This document shows, piece after piece, positions 27,815 through 37,657 of a stretch of 64,000 bases of DNA (positions are counted from its first letter, which is position 1; each line of letters opens with the position of its first letter). The notes under the pieces were generated by a model that saw only the letters and a list, made by a program, of their open reading frames with translations, did not search any database and was not told the DNA's origin. Position numbers and translations under genes: made by a program. The stretch spans positions 766 through 64,765 of the forward strand of contig JAEDEQ010000002.1 of NCBI GenBank assembly GCA_016293225.1, in the 5' to 3' direction. Source of the DNA: Clostridiaceae bacterium. Lineage in GTDB: Bacteria; Bacillota; Clostridia; Oscillospirales; Acutalibacteraceae.

Positions 27815-28693
27815 ATGATTAAAAGTATGACCGGTTTCGGCCGGGCGCAGATGCTTGTTGACGATATGAATATCTCGGTTGAGCTCAAAAGCGTTAACCA
27901 CAGATATTTTGAATTTAATTCCAAAGTACCGAGAACCTACGGCTTTCTTGAGGAAAAGCTTAAAAGCCACGTTCAGGCGGCAGTTTCAAGGGGTAAGATT
28001 GATTGCTTGGTTACCGTTGAGGAGCTTGGCGAGGATAACTGCACCGTCAGCGTGAACCACTCGCTTGCCGCAGGTTATATCAACGCTCTGAAAGAGCTTT
28101 CGGAAAAATACGGCATTGCAAACGATATTACTGTAACATCACTTGCAAAATATTACGATATCTTTACCGTACATAAGGACGAGGCGGACGAGGAACGCGT
28201 CTGGACTGCGGTCAGAGCCGTTCTCGATAATGCTCTTGCTTCCTTTATTGCAATGCGCGAAAGGGAGGGCGAAAAGCTCAGGAACGATATCCTTTCACGC
28301 TGCGATACGATCATTGAAAACGTCGGCTTCATTGAGGAGCGCTCTCCTCAGACGGTTGCCGAATATAACGCAAAGCTTCTTGAAAGAATGAAGACCGTGC
28401 TTGAGGACGTTCATGTTGACGAGCAAAGGCTCCTTACTGAAGCTGCAATTTTTGCCGATAAGGTTGCCGTTGCGGAGGAGACCGTCAGGCTGCGCAGCCA
28501 CATTGAGCAGATGCGTGAATTCATGAACGGCGACGCCGCAATCGGAAGAAAAGCGGATTTCCTCATTCAGGAATTCAACCGCGAAGCGAACACAATCGGC
28601 TCAAAGGCGCAGGACGTTGCCATTGCAAAAAAAGTTATTGATATCAAGGCAGAAGTAGAAAAAATCAGAGAACAGATTCAGAACATCGAATAA
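27815..28693 (+). CDS. yicC: YicC family stress-induced protein
   Basis: [12 protein letters not shown]-terminus and the C-terminal motif [13 protein letters not shown]. Confidence 0.92.
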   Translation: MIKSMTGFGRAQMLVDDMNISVELKSVNHRYFEFNSKVPRTYGFLEEKLKSHVQAAVSRGKIDCLVTVEELGEDNCTVSVNHSLAAGYINALKELSEKYGIANDITVTSLAKYYDIFTVHKDEADEERVWTAVRAVLDNALASFIAMREREGEKLRNDILSRCDTIIENVGFIEERSPQTVAEYNAKLLERMKTVLEDVHVDEQRLLTEAAIFADKVAVAEETVRLRSHIEQMREFMNGDAAIGRKADFLIQEFNREANTIGSKAQDVAIAKKVIDIKAEVEKIREQIQNIE

Positions 28694-28754
28694 CTTTATT
28701 ACCGCCGGGAGGACTTTTTGTTTGCTATGCGGTAGAGTAAAAAGGGGAATTTTA

Positions 28755-29027
28755 ATGAAGCTTGTTAACATCGGATTCGGAAATATGATCAACGCTGCAA
28801 GGCTCATTGCCGTTGTCAGTCCGGACTCCGCGCCGATAAAAAGAATTGTTCAGGAGAGCAAGGAGCGCGGAACGCTCATTGACGCCACTCAGGGACGGAG
28901 AACAAGGGCCGTTATAATAATGGACAGCGACCATGTTGTTCTTTCATATCTTCAGTCCGAAACAGTTGCAAACCGCTTGAACGGTGAGCCGGACGAGTCT
29001 TTTGCGGAGGAAACATACGATGAATAA
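28755..29027 (+). CDS. remA: RemA/DUF370 biofilm regulator family protein
   Basis: [32 protein letters not shown]...GRRTRAVII matches RemA. Confidence 0.9.
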   Translation: MKLVNIGFGNMINAARLIAVVSPDSAPIKRIVQESKERGTLIDATQGRRTRAVIIMDSDHVVLSYLQSETVANRLNGEPDESFAEETYDE

Positions 29028-29586
29028 CGGACTTCTTGTTGTTCTTTCCGGACCGTCCGGCAGCGGAAAGGATACGGTTCTCAAGGGTGTGCTTGAAAAA
29101 ATGGACGGAGACGCTTTCCTTTCCGTTTCAATGACCACGCGCGCAATGCGCCGGGGCGAAAGGGAGGGCGTTGATTACTTCTTTGTTTCCGAGGAACAGT
29201 TTCAGAAGAACATTGAAAACGATCTGATGCTTGAATATGCAAAATACGGTTCAAACTATTACGGAACGCCGATAGGCCCGGTTAAAGACGTTTTGAAGTC
29301 CGGAAAAACCGTGTTTCTCAATATTGAGGTGCAGGGCGGCGCAAACATTCGCCGTCTGATGCCCGAAGCGGTTCAGATCTTTATTGCACCGCCTTCAAGG
29401 GACGAGCTTGAAAGAAGACTGCGCAAAAGGGGAACCGAAAGCGAAGAATGCATCTGCGAACGGCTGCGCATTGCCGAGGAGGAAATGAAACGCGCGGACG
29501 AGTATGACTTTGTTGTTGTTAACGATGTTCTTGAAGACGCTGTTGAAGAGGTTCTTTCAATTGTAAAAAGCGCTATGAAGCAATAA
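29020..29586 (+). CDS. gmk: guanylate kinase
   Basis: [10 protein letters not shown]-loop and YGTP. ATG 29020 overlaps the remA stop. Confidence 0.93.
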   Translation: MNNGLLVVLSGPSGSGKDTVLKGVLEKMDGDAFLSVSMTTRAMRRGEREGVDYFFVSEEQFQKNIENDLMLEYAKYGSNYYGTPIGPVKDVLKSGKTVFLNIEVQGGANIRRLMPEAVQIFIAPPSRDELERRLRKRGTESEECICERLRIAEEEMKRADEYDFVVVNDVLEDAVEEVLSIVKSAMKQ

Positions 29587-29629
29587 ATATTCATATTATA
29601 ATATATTTTAGATTTGTGAGGTAATAAAA

Positions 29630-29839
29630 ATGCTTAATCCCGATCTCAGAATACTTCTTAAAGACCATATCAGCCGTTATTCGCTTGTTACTGCCGTTGC
29701 AAAGCGCGCAAGAACCATTACCGAAGACCCCGTTCTCAGCGAAAAATGCGGAACGGAAAAGCCCGTTTCATATGCTCTCGATGAGTTCCTTAGCGGAAAA
29801 TTTGAAATCAGGGAACCGGACGAGATCAAAAATATATAA
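29630..29839 (+). CDS. rpoZ: DNA-directed RNA polymerase subunit omega
   Basis: RYSLVTAVAKRAR motif, and the position after gmk. Confidence 0.88.
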   Translation: MLNPDLRILLKDHISRYSLVTAVAKRARTITEDPVLSEKCGTEKPVSYALDEFLSGKFEIREPDEIKNI

Positions 29840-29864
29840 TTGAATTTCAAGGAAGTGAAATGAT

Positions 29865-32324
29865 ATGGAGCAGACTTTGGCCGCGGTTGCAGTTGAAAAT
29901 GTTTCATATCATTTTGATATTTTATACGGCTATATCGTGCCCGAAAGGCTGCTTGCTTCTGTTAAAGTCGGCTCACGCGTCATTGTGAACTTCGGCAAGG
30001 GCAGGGATAATAAGCGGCAGGGAGTTGTTTTCGGCTTTCAGAACCCGGAAAAAGGGAAAAAATATAAAGAAATTATTGAGGCTCTTGACGAGGTTCCGGT
30101 GCTTACCGAAGAGATGGTGGAGATTGCCGGATTTCTTAAGGAAAGGACCTTCTGCACCTATTTTGAGGCAGTAAAAGCCCAGCTTCCGGCAGGCTTCAAT
30201 TATAAAATCAATTATTCATATGTTGCTCTGAGTGGAAAAGACGAAGCCGTTCGGCTTACCGAGCGCGAACAACAGGTTTACGACTATATGCTTTCAAAGG
30301 TGAGCTTCCTGACGAAGAAAGCAATTTTTTCCGCCTGTAAGCTTCCGCGCGGCAGTGATGTGCTTGAAAGGCTGACGGAAAAAGGCCTTGTTCAAAAGAA
30401 TGTTGAAACGCGCAAGCAGGTTGGCGAGCTTTTTGCAAAAACGGCCGTGCTGAATGTTACCGGTATTGAACTTGAAAATGCATTCGAAAAGCTGACTTTG
30501 AAGCAGGCGGAGGTTCTGCGTGTGCTTGCGGACGCAGGCAGCGCAAAAGTTAAGGAGCTTTGCGAAATCACGGGCGTTTCCGCAGCGGTTGTCCGGGCGC
30601 TGAAAAACAAGGGCCTTGTAAGCATTGCCGATGTTGACGTTTACCGTATCCCGAAATCCGGCTTTTCCTGCGATGAAAGCAGCTCAAAAATCAGCCTTAC
30701 GCCCATGCAGGAAAAAGCCTATTGCGGACTTTTGAACAAATATCGCGGCGGCGGGGGCGTCTCGTTGCTTTACGGCATAACGGGCAGCGGAAAAACCTCG
30801 GTTTTTCTGAAGCTTATTGACGATGTTCTTAAAGACGGCAGGAACGTAATTGTTATGGTGCCTGAAATCTCCCTCACTCCGCAGATGGTCTCCCTTTTCA
30901 GGGGAAGATATAAAAACGAGGTTGCCGTTTTCCATTCCGCGCTCTCAATGGGTGAGCGCAAGGACGAATACCGCAGAGTCAGAAACGGCGGCGTAAGGAT
31001 TGTTGTCGGAACACGCTCGGCCGTGTTTGCTCCTCTCCAAAACATCGGCCTTATCGTCATTGACGAGGAGCAGGAGCACACCTATAAATCCGAAGCCTCG
31101 CCGCGCTATCATGCGCGAGACGTTGCACGCTTCAGGGCAAAAAAACACTCCGCGCTGCTTTTGCTCTCTTCGGCTACTCCCGGTATAGAAAGCTATTCGC
31201 TTGCCAAAAAAGGCATATATTCGCTTGAAAAGCTTACCGAGCGCTACGGCGAGGCCGTGCTGCCCGAGGTTACGGTTATAGACATGAAAGCCGAAAAAAG
31301 CCGGGGCAACAAATACCTTATCAGCACTGAGCTTCAAAACCGCCTGAAAAGCAACCTTGAGGCAAAAAAGCAGTCGATTCTGCTCATGAACCGCAGGGGA
31401 TACAACACCTTTGTTGCCTGCGACAGCTGCGGCAGCGTTGTTACCTGTCCGTATTGCAGCATTTCAATGACCTTCCACCTTTCAAATAAAAAGCTTATGT
31501 GTCACTATTGCGGTTATACGACCGATTTCAAAACAAAATGCGATGTCTGCGGCAAGGAAAATGTCCGCTATTCCGGATACGGAACACAGAGGATTGAAGA
31601 AGAGCTTCATAATCTTCTTCCCGAAGCGCGTATTCTCCGCATGGACACCGATTCCAACTCCGGAAGATATGCTTTTGAAAAAAACATCACCGCTTTCGGA
31701 AAAAACGAGTATGATATAATGCTCGGCACTCAGATGGTTGCAAAGGGTCTTGATTTTGAAAACGTTACTCTTGTGGGCGTTATAAATGCCGATCAGCAGC
31801 TTAATAATGACGATTTCAGAAGTGAGGAACTGACGTTTGACCTGCTGACTCAGGTTGTCGGCCGCTGCGGCAGAGGCAAAAGCAAAGGCACTGCCGTTAT
31901 TCAGACAATGACTCCGGAAAACAACATTATTGCCCTTGCAAAAAGGCAGGACTACGAGGAGTTTTATAAAAACGAGATTGCAATAAGACGCATGATGACC
32001 TATCCGCCGTTTTGCGATATCTGCGCTGTTTACGCTGTCAGCGAGGACGAACTGAAAGCTCTTTCGGCCGCAAGGGTTTTTCTTGATGAATTTAAAAAAC
32101 GAACAGAAAATGCCGAAAATGTGCCGAAGGTTATCGTTCTTCCCGTTATGCCGCCGAGAATTGCAAAGGTCAACAACAAATTCAGATACAGAATCATCAT
32201 AAAATGTAAAAATACAGCCGCGTTCAGGCGCATCATTTCAGACCTGCTTGTTGAATTCGGCGCAAGCAGGACTTTCGGCGACGTAACAGTGTTTGCCGAT
32301 ATTAACCCGTTATCTTTGGTTTGA
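29865..32324 (+). CDS. priA: primosomal protein N' (replication restart helicase)
   Basis: GITGSGKT, VIDEEQE, and the Cys-rich zinc module CDSCG..CPYC..CHYCG..CDVCG. Confidence 0.95.
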   Translation: MEQTLAAVAVENVSYHFDILYGYIVPERLLASVKVGSRVIVNFGKGRDNKRQGVVFGFQNPEKGKKYKEIIEALDEVPVLTEEMVEIAGFLKERTFCTYFEAVKAQLPAGFNYKINYSYVALSGKDEAVRLTEREQQVYDYMLSKVSFLTKKAIFSACKLPRGSDVLERLTEKGLVQKNVETRKQVGELFAKTAVLNVTGIELENAFEKLTLKQAEVLRVLADAGSAKVKELCEITGVSAAVVRALKNKGLVSIADVDVYRIPKSGFSCDESSSKISLTPMQEKAYCGLLNKYRGGGGVSLLYGITGSGKTSVFLKLIDDVLKDGRNVIVMVPEISLTPQMVSLFRGRYKNEVAVFHSALSMGERKDEYRRVRNGGVRIVVGTRSAVFAPLQNIGLIVIDEEQEHTYKSEASPRYHARDVARFRAKKHSALLLLSSATPGIESYSLAKKGIYSLEKLTERYGEAVLPEVTVIDMKAEKSRGNKYLISTELQNRLKSNLEAKKQSILLMNRRGYNTFVACDSCGSVVTCPYCSISMTFHLSNKKLMCHYCGYTTDFKTKCDVCGKENVRYSGYGTQRIEEELHNLLPEARILRMDTDSNSGRYAFEKNITAFGKNEYDIMLGTQMVAKGLDFENVTLVGVINADQQLNNDDFRSEELTFDLLTQVVGRCGRGKSKGTAVIQTMTPENNIIALAKRQDYEEFYKNEIAIRRMMTYPPFCDICAVYAVSEDELKALSAARVFLDEFKKRTENAENVPKVIVLPVMPPRIAKVNNKFRYRIIIKCKNTAAFRRIISDLLVEFGASRTFGDVTVFADINPLSLV

Positions 32325-32343
32325 GTATAAAAGGAGAATAGCT

Positions 32344-32829
32344 ATGGCAATCAGAAATATAGTAACAATCGATGACCCCGTGCTCAGGAAAAAGAGCCGT
32401 CCGGTCGTAAATTTTGACGAAAAGCTCTGGACACTTCTTGACGATATGAAAGAAACGCTGAAAAAGGCGGACGGAGCGGGGCTTGCCGCCGTTCAGGTGG
32501 GCATACTGCGCCGCGCTGTTATTGTTGACGTCGGCGACGGAAAGCCGCTTGAGCTGATTAATCCAGAAATTGTTGAAACAAGCGGCGAGCAGGAGGGGCA
32601 GGAGGGCTGCCTTTCCTTGCCCGGAGAATGGGGAGTTGTCCGCCGCCCGGAATTTGTCAGGGTGCGCGCACAGAACCGCAAGGGTCAGTGGTGCATGTAT
32701 AAAGGCGAAGGTCTCAAGGCGCGCTGCTTCTGCCATGAAATTGACCACCTTGACGGCATTGTTTTTACCGACAGGGCAAAGCGTATGCTGACCGACGAGG
32801 AACTCAGACGTCTTAACAAAGAAGAATAA
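32344..32829 (+). CDS. def: peptide deformylase
   Basis: GLAAVQVG, EGCLS and HEIDH motifs. Confidence 0.95.
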   Translation: MAIRNIVTIDDPVLRKKSRPVVNFDEKLWTLLDDMKETLKKADGAGLAAVQVGILRRAVIVDVGDGKPLELINPEIVETSGEQEGQEGCLSLPGEWGVVRRPEFVRVRAQNRKGQWCMYKGEGLKARCFCHEIDHLDGIVFTDRAKRMLTDEELRRLNKEE

Positions 32830-32846
32830 CAGCGAGGTTGGAATAT

Positions 32847-33776
32847 ATGAAAATTGCATTTATGGGCACGCCCGATTTTTCCGTTGAATGTCTCAAAGCT
32901 CTTGCAGCTTCAAAGCATGAGATAGTCGGCGTATTCTGCCAGCCGGACAAGCCCGTCGGCAGAAAGCAGGAGCTGAAAATGCCCGATGTCAAAATTGAGG
33001 CTCTGAAGCACAACCTTCCCGTGTTCCAGCCGAAAACGCTTAAAAACGGCGCAGGAGTTGAAATTCTTAAAGAGATTAACCCGGAGCTTGTGGTTGTTGT
33101 TGCTTACGGAAAACTTCTTCCGCCGGACTTTCTTGCATATCCAAAGTACGGCTGCATCAACATTCATGCGTCACTTTTGCCGAAATACCGCGGCGCTTCG
33201 CCGATTCACCACTGCGTCCTTAACGGCGAGACTGAAACCGGCGTAACCTCAATGCAGATGGACGCGGGTCTTGATACCGGCGATATGCTGCTTACGGAAA
33301 AAATACCCATAGGTATAAATGATACAACGCTTGAAATGTTTGAAAGGCTTTCGCTTCTCGGTGCCGATGTGCTGATGAAAACGATTGCTCTGCTTGAAAA
33401 GGGCGAGCTGCGTCCGGTTAAGCAGGACGATTCAAAGGCAACCTATGCCGGTCTTCTTTCAAAGGAGGAGGGTCTTGTTGACTGGAGCAAAAGCGCATTG
33501 GAAATTCACAATAAAATCCGCGGACTTTATTCCTGGCCGGGTGCATTCACAAAGCTTGACGGAAAAACGCTGAAGCTTCACAAAGCGGGTCTCAGCGAAA
33601 AAAAAGGTAATAATATTCCCGGTTGTGTTGTTTCGGCAAACGGTGAATTTGTTGTTTGCTGCGGAGATAACAACTGCATTGAACTGAAAGAAGTTCAGCT
33701 TGAGGGCAAAAAGCGCATGGACGCTGCTTCGTTCCTCAACGGTTACAGGCTTTCAGCCGGAACAGTGCTCGGATAA
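32847..33776 (+). CDS. fmt: methionyl-tRNA formyltransferase
   Basis: MKIAFMGTPDFS and HASLLPKYRGASPI. Confidence 0.95.
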   Translation: MKIAFMGTPDFSVECLKALAASKHEIVGVFCQPDKPVGRKQELKMPDVKIEALKHNLPVFQPKTLKNGAGVEILKEINPELVVVVAYGKLLPPDFLAYPKYGCINIHASLLPKYRGASPIHHCVLNGETETGVTSMQMDAGLDTGDMLLTEKIPIGINDTTLEMFERLSLLGADVLMKTIALLEKGELRPVKQDDSKATYAGLLSKEEGLVDWSKSALEIHNKIRGLYSWPGAFTKLDGKTLKLHKAGLSEKKGNNIPGCVVSANGEFVVCCGDNNCIELKEVQLEGKKRMDAASFLNGYRLSAGTVLG

Positions 33777-33807
33777 TTCAATCTTTCTTTTATGAAAGGA
33801 GCTTATT

Positions 33808-34491
33808 ATGATCTGGTACGACTATTACTATTTTATACTTGTTATACCTGCGGTTCTTCTTTCCCTGATTGCGCAGGCAGCCGTCAAAGGCACATACAGG
33901 TCAATGTCCCGTGTGCAGAACCGTTCGGGTCTTACCGGTGCCGCAGCGGCGGCAAGGGTGCTTTCCTATTACGGCATCACAAACGTTCGCATTGAGCCTA
34001 TTAACGGCAATCTTACGGATCATTACGACCCGAGGGATAATGTTATCCGCCTTTCCTCAAAGGTTTTTTCGGATAACTCCATCGCTTCGGTCGGAATTGC
34101 CTGCCATGAGGCGGGTCACGCGGCCCAGCATGCTCAGGGTTATGCGCCGATAAAGGTGCGCAATGCAATTTTGCCTGTTGCAAACATCGGCTCTTCCGCC
34201 GGAATTTTGCTTGCCGTTCTCGGCTATATTCTCGGCTTCGGAATTCTGACAAAGGTCGGTATAATTCTGTTCGCCGCCGTTGTTGTTTTCCAGCTTGTTA
34301 CTCTCCCGATTGAGTTCAACGCAAGCGCAAGAGCGATGAAAGTCATTGATGAAACCGGAATGCTCTCATCTGACGAACAGCGCGGCGCAAGAAAAGTTCT
34401 TACCGCCGCTGCAATGACCTATGTCGCCGCGCTTCTTGTTTCAATAATGTCGCTGCTGCGCCTGATTTTAAGATACAACTCAAGAGACTGA
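33808..34491 (+). CDS. YugP-like membrane zinc metallopeptidase
   Basis: HEAGHAAQH zinc motif and flanking TM helices. Confidence 0.8.
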   Translation: MIWYDYYYFILVIPAVLLSLIAQAAVKGTYRSMSRVQNRSGLTGAAAAARVLSYYGITNVRIEPINGNLTDHYDPRDNVIRLSSKVFSDNSIASVGIACHEAGHAAQHAQGYAPIKVRNAILPVANIGSSAGILLAVLGYILGFGILTKVGIILFAAVVVFQLVTLPIEFNASARAMKVIDETGMLSSDEQRGARKVLTAAAMTYVAALLVSIMSLLRLILRYNSRD

Positions 34492-34502
34492 ACGGAGAAA
34501 AA

Positions 34503-35822
34503 ATGAAACCGACCGCAAGACAGACCGCATATAATGTTCTTTTGAAAATTTTTAAAGATAACGCATATTCAAACCTTGCCCTTGACGCCGCGCTGAAAGA
34601 GTCGCGGCTTGATTTGCGTAACAAAGCCTTTGCTTCGGCCTTGGTATACGGTGTTTGCGAGCGACTTTTTACGCTTGACTATGTGCTTTCCGCTCATCTT
34701 TCAAAGCCGATAAGCAAATTGAAAATTCAGATTCTGACAATACTGCGGCTCGGTACCTTTCAGCTTTTGTTCATGAACTCCGTGCCCTCCTCGGCCGCCG
34801 TGAATGAAAGCGTCAGGCTTGCAAAGCTCAACGGCTGTTCCTATGCTTCGGGTCTTGTCAATGCCGTTTTGCGAAACGTTGACCGCAATGGGCTTGTTTT
34901 ACCGGATAAAAAGGACAAACTGCATTTTCTGAGCGTTAAGTATTCGTGTCCGCAGTGGCTTGTTGAAAAGTGGCTCTCTGAATACGGCGAGGAAAGAACC
35001 GAAAATATACTTGCTTGTTCACTGAAAGCAAACAAGCTTTCAGTCCGCGTTAACCGGCTGAAAATTTCAACAGATGAACTTTGCGACCGCTTTGCTTCAA
35101 AAGGCATAGAATGCGAACGCGGCCTTGACGAAAACTCACTTGTTATAGGTTCGCTTTCATCTTCGGTTGAAGAGCTTGATGAATTCAAAGAGGGGCTCTT
35201 TCACGTTCAGGGGCTTCCCTCGCAGCTTTGCGCAAAGGCACTCGGCGCAAAAGAGGGGGAAACTGTTTTTGACCTGTGCGCAGCGCCGGGCGGAAAAACT
35301 TTCACAATAGCGGAAATAATGAACAACAAAGGAAAAATCAAGGCGTTCGACCTTTATGAAAGCCGCGTTTCCCTGATTGAAAAGGGCGCTTCAAGGCTCG
35401 GACTCAACATTGTTGAAGCCTCTGCTTTCGACGCTTCGGTTTTCAACGCTTCTTTGAAAGAGAGCGCCGACTGCGTCCTTTGCGACGTTCCGTGTTCCGG
35501 GCTCGGCATAATTTCAAAAAAGCCCGAAATTAAGCTTAAAAAGCCTCAGGAGCTTTTGTCTCTTCCTGACATACAGTATAAAATCCTGCAAAACGGTTCG
35601 CGATATGTTAAAAAAGGCGGACGGCTTGTTTATTCAACCTGCACTTTGAGCAAGGCGGAAAATGAAGCGGTTTGTCAGCGCTTTATAAAAGAAAACCCGG
35701 ATTTCAGACCGGAAAAGCCGTTTCCAAAAATCAGCGACGAATGCTTTGTGACCGTTTTTCCGGATGAAAACAACAGCGACGGATTTTTCATCGCGCTTTT
35801 TATAAAAGAGGGGGAAAAGTAA
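34503..35822 (+). CDS. rsmB: 16S rRNA (cytosine967-C5)-methyltransferase
   Basis: NusB-like N-terminus, DLCAAPGGKT, DVPCSGLG and YSTCT. Confidence 0.92.
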   Translation: MKPTARQTAYNVLLKIFKDNAYSNLALDAALKESRLDLRNKAFASALVYGVCERLFTLDYVLSAHLSKPISKLKIQILTILRLGTFQLLFMNSVPSSAAVNESVRLAKLNGCSYASGLVNAVLRNVDRNGLVLPDKKDKLHFLSVKYSCPQWLVEKWLSEYGEERTENILACSLKANKLSVRVNRLKISTDELCDRFASKGIECERGLDENSLVIGSLSSSVEELDEFKEGLFHVQGLPSQLCAKALGAKEGETVFDLCAAPGGKTFTIAEIMNNKGKIKAFDLYESRVSLIEKGASRLGLNIVEASAFDASVFNASLKESADCVLCDVPCSGLGIISKKPEIKLKKPQELLSLPDIQYKILQNGSRYVKKGGRLVYSTCTLSKAENEAVCQRFIKENPDFRPEKPFPKISDECFVTVFPDENNSDGFFIALFIKEGEK

Positions 35823-36845
35823 TTGAAGGATATACGTTCAATGAGCCTTGCGGAGCTTAAAGAGGAATTTGCGTCAGCGGGTGAAAAATCATACACAGCC
35901 TCTCAGGTCTATTCGTGGCTTCATAAGCACCAGGTCTCCTCCTTTGATGAAATGACAAACATAAAAAAAGAACTGAGGGAAAATTTAAAAAAAATATATT
36001 ACATTTCTGATTGTACTATTGAAAAAAAATTGGTTTCAGTGTATGATGAAACAGTTAAGTATCTTTTCAAGCTTAATGACGGCGAACTTATTGAGTCCGT
36101 TGTTATGAAGTATAAATACGGCAGAACAATCTGCGTTTCAAGTCAGGTCGGCTGCAAAATGGGCTGTTCGTTCTGCGCCTCCGGCATTGCCGGCTTTGTC
36201 CGCAATCTTCTTCCGGGCGAGATTCTTTCTCAGGTATACACTGCGCAGAAGGATCTCGGCATTAAAATATCACACATAGTCATGATGGGCGTCGGAGAAC
36301 CGCTCGATAATTTCGATAACGTCATGCGCTTTCTTGAGCTCATTTCCGATGAGAACGGTCAGAATATCGGCATGAGGAACATTTCGCTTTCAACCTGCGG
36401 CGTTGTCAGCGGTATCTATAAGCTTATGGAAAAAAAGCTGCAGCTGACCCTTTCCGTTTCGCTCCACGCTCCGAGCGATGAAATACGAAACAGGACGATG
36501 CCGGTAAACAGCCGCTGGAACATTGAAACGCTGCTCAAAGCATGCCGCGATTATACTGCCGCAACCAACAGGCGCATATCCTTTGAATATGCCATGATAA
36601 GCTCGGTCAATGACAGCGATGACTGCGCACGTCTGCTTGCAAAAAGGCTCAAGGGAATGCTTTGCCATGTGAATCTTATACCGGTCAATTCCGTTAAGGA
36701 ACGCGATTACAGAAAAAGCAGCGGCGAACGGATTGCCGCGTTCATAAAAATTCTTGAAAAAAGCGGCATAAACGTAACGGTAAGGCGTACTCTCGGCAGC
36801 GACATCAACGCTTCCTGCGGTCAGCTTCGCAGGGGTGAAAAATAA
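35823..36845 (+). CDS. rlmN: 23S rRNA/tRNA (adenine-C2)-methyltransferase, radical SAM
   Basis: CKMGCSFCASG CxxxCxxC motif and GVGEPLDN. The start is TTG 35823 or ATG 35841. Confidence 0.93.
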   Translation: MKDIRSMSLAELKEEFASAGEKSYTASQVYSWLHKHQVSSFDEMTNIKKELRENLKKIYYISDCTIEKKLVSVYDETVKYLFKLNDGELIESVVMKYKYGRTICVSSQVGCKMGCSFCASGIAGFVRNLLPGEILSQVYTAQKDLGIKISHIVMMGVGEPLDNFDNVMRFLELISDENGQNIGMRNISLSTCGVVSGIYKLMEKKLQLTLSVSLHAPSDEIRNRTMPVNSRWNIETLLKACRDYTAATNRRISFEYAMISSVNDSDDCARLLAKRLKGMLCHVNLIPVNSVKERDYRKSSGERIAAFIKILEKSGINVTVRRTLGSDINASCGQLRRGEK

Positions 36846-36913
36846 AGTGCTTCGATTGATTGGTATAGATTTATCGGTCAAAAAATTACGAAAAAGTTTT
36901 CGGAGGTGAGAGC

Positions 36914-37642
36914 ATGAAGGTCATTGGTAATTCCGATATCGGAAAAGTCAGGGAAGCGAACGAAGATGCGTTTCGTTTCGGAAAATATGACGACGGTTCG
37001 GTCTGGGCGGTTGTTTGCGACGGCATGGGCGGAGCTTCCGGCGGAAGACTTGCAAGCTCAATTGCCGCTGATATGGTCAGCAGGAAGATTGAAAAGAGCT
37101 ATAACAGGTCAATGACCGGGGTTTCGGTGGAAAATATGCTCCTGTCAGCGATAACAACGGCAAATGTTACCGTTTTTGACCGAAGCTCGGTAGACAGCCG
37201 TCTTAAAGGTATGGGTACAACGATTGTTGCCTGCGTTGTGAAAGGCTCCGCCGCCTGCATAGCACACGTAGGAGACAGCAGAGCTTACATAATATCCGAA
37301 AACTCAATCCGTCAGATCACCAAGGATCACTCCCTTGTTCAGGAAATGCTTGACAAGGGCCAGATCACCAAAGAACAGTTTGACAACCATCCTATTAAAA
37401 ACATAATTACCAGAGCGCTCGGCGTTGATGAGGAGATTGAAATTGATTTCGACTATATCGACGTCAGCGAAAACGACGTGATAATTCTCTGCTCCGACGG
37501 TCTCAGCGGTTTTGTCAGACCGGAACGGATACTTGAAATATATAATAACAACGAATTTGAGGTGCTGTGCGACGAGCTTATCGCCGCAGCCAACGAAAAC
37601 GGCGGCCGCGACAACATCACGGTTGTTGCCGTCAAATGCTAA
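36914..37642 (+). CDS. stp: PP2C-family Ser/Thr phosphatase
   Basis: NEDAF, VCDGMGG, LCSDGL and DNITVV motifs. Confidence 0.93.
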   Translation: MKVIGNSDIGKVREANEDAFRFGKYDDGSVWAVVCDGMGGASGGRLASSIAADMVSRKIEKSYNRSMTGVSVENMLLSAITTANVTVFDRSSVDSRLKGMGTTIVACVVKGSAACIAHVGDSRAYIISENSIRQITKDHSLVQEMLDKGQITKEQFDNHPIKNIITRALGVDEEIEIDFDYIDVSENDVIILCSDGLSGFVRPERILEIYNNNEFEVLCDELIAAANENGGRDNITVVAVKC

Positions 37643-37657
37643 GGGAGTGTCAGATTT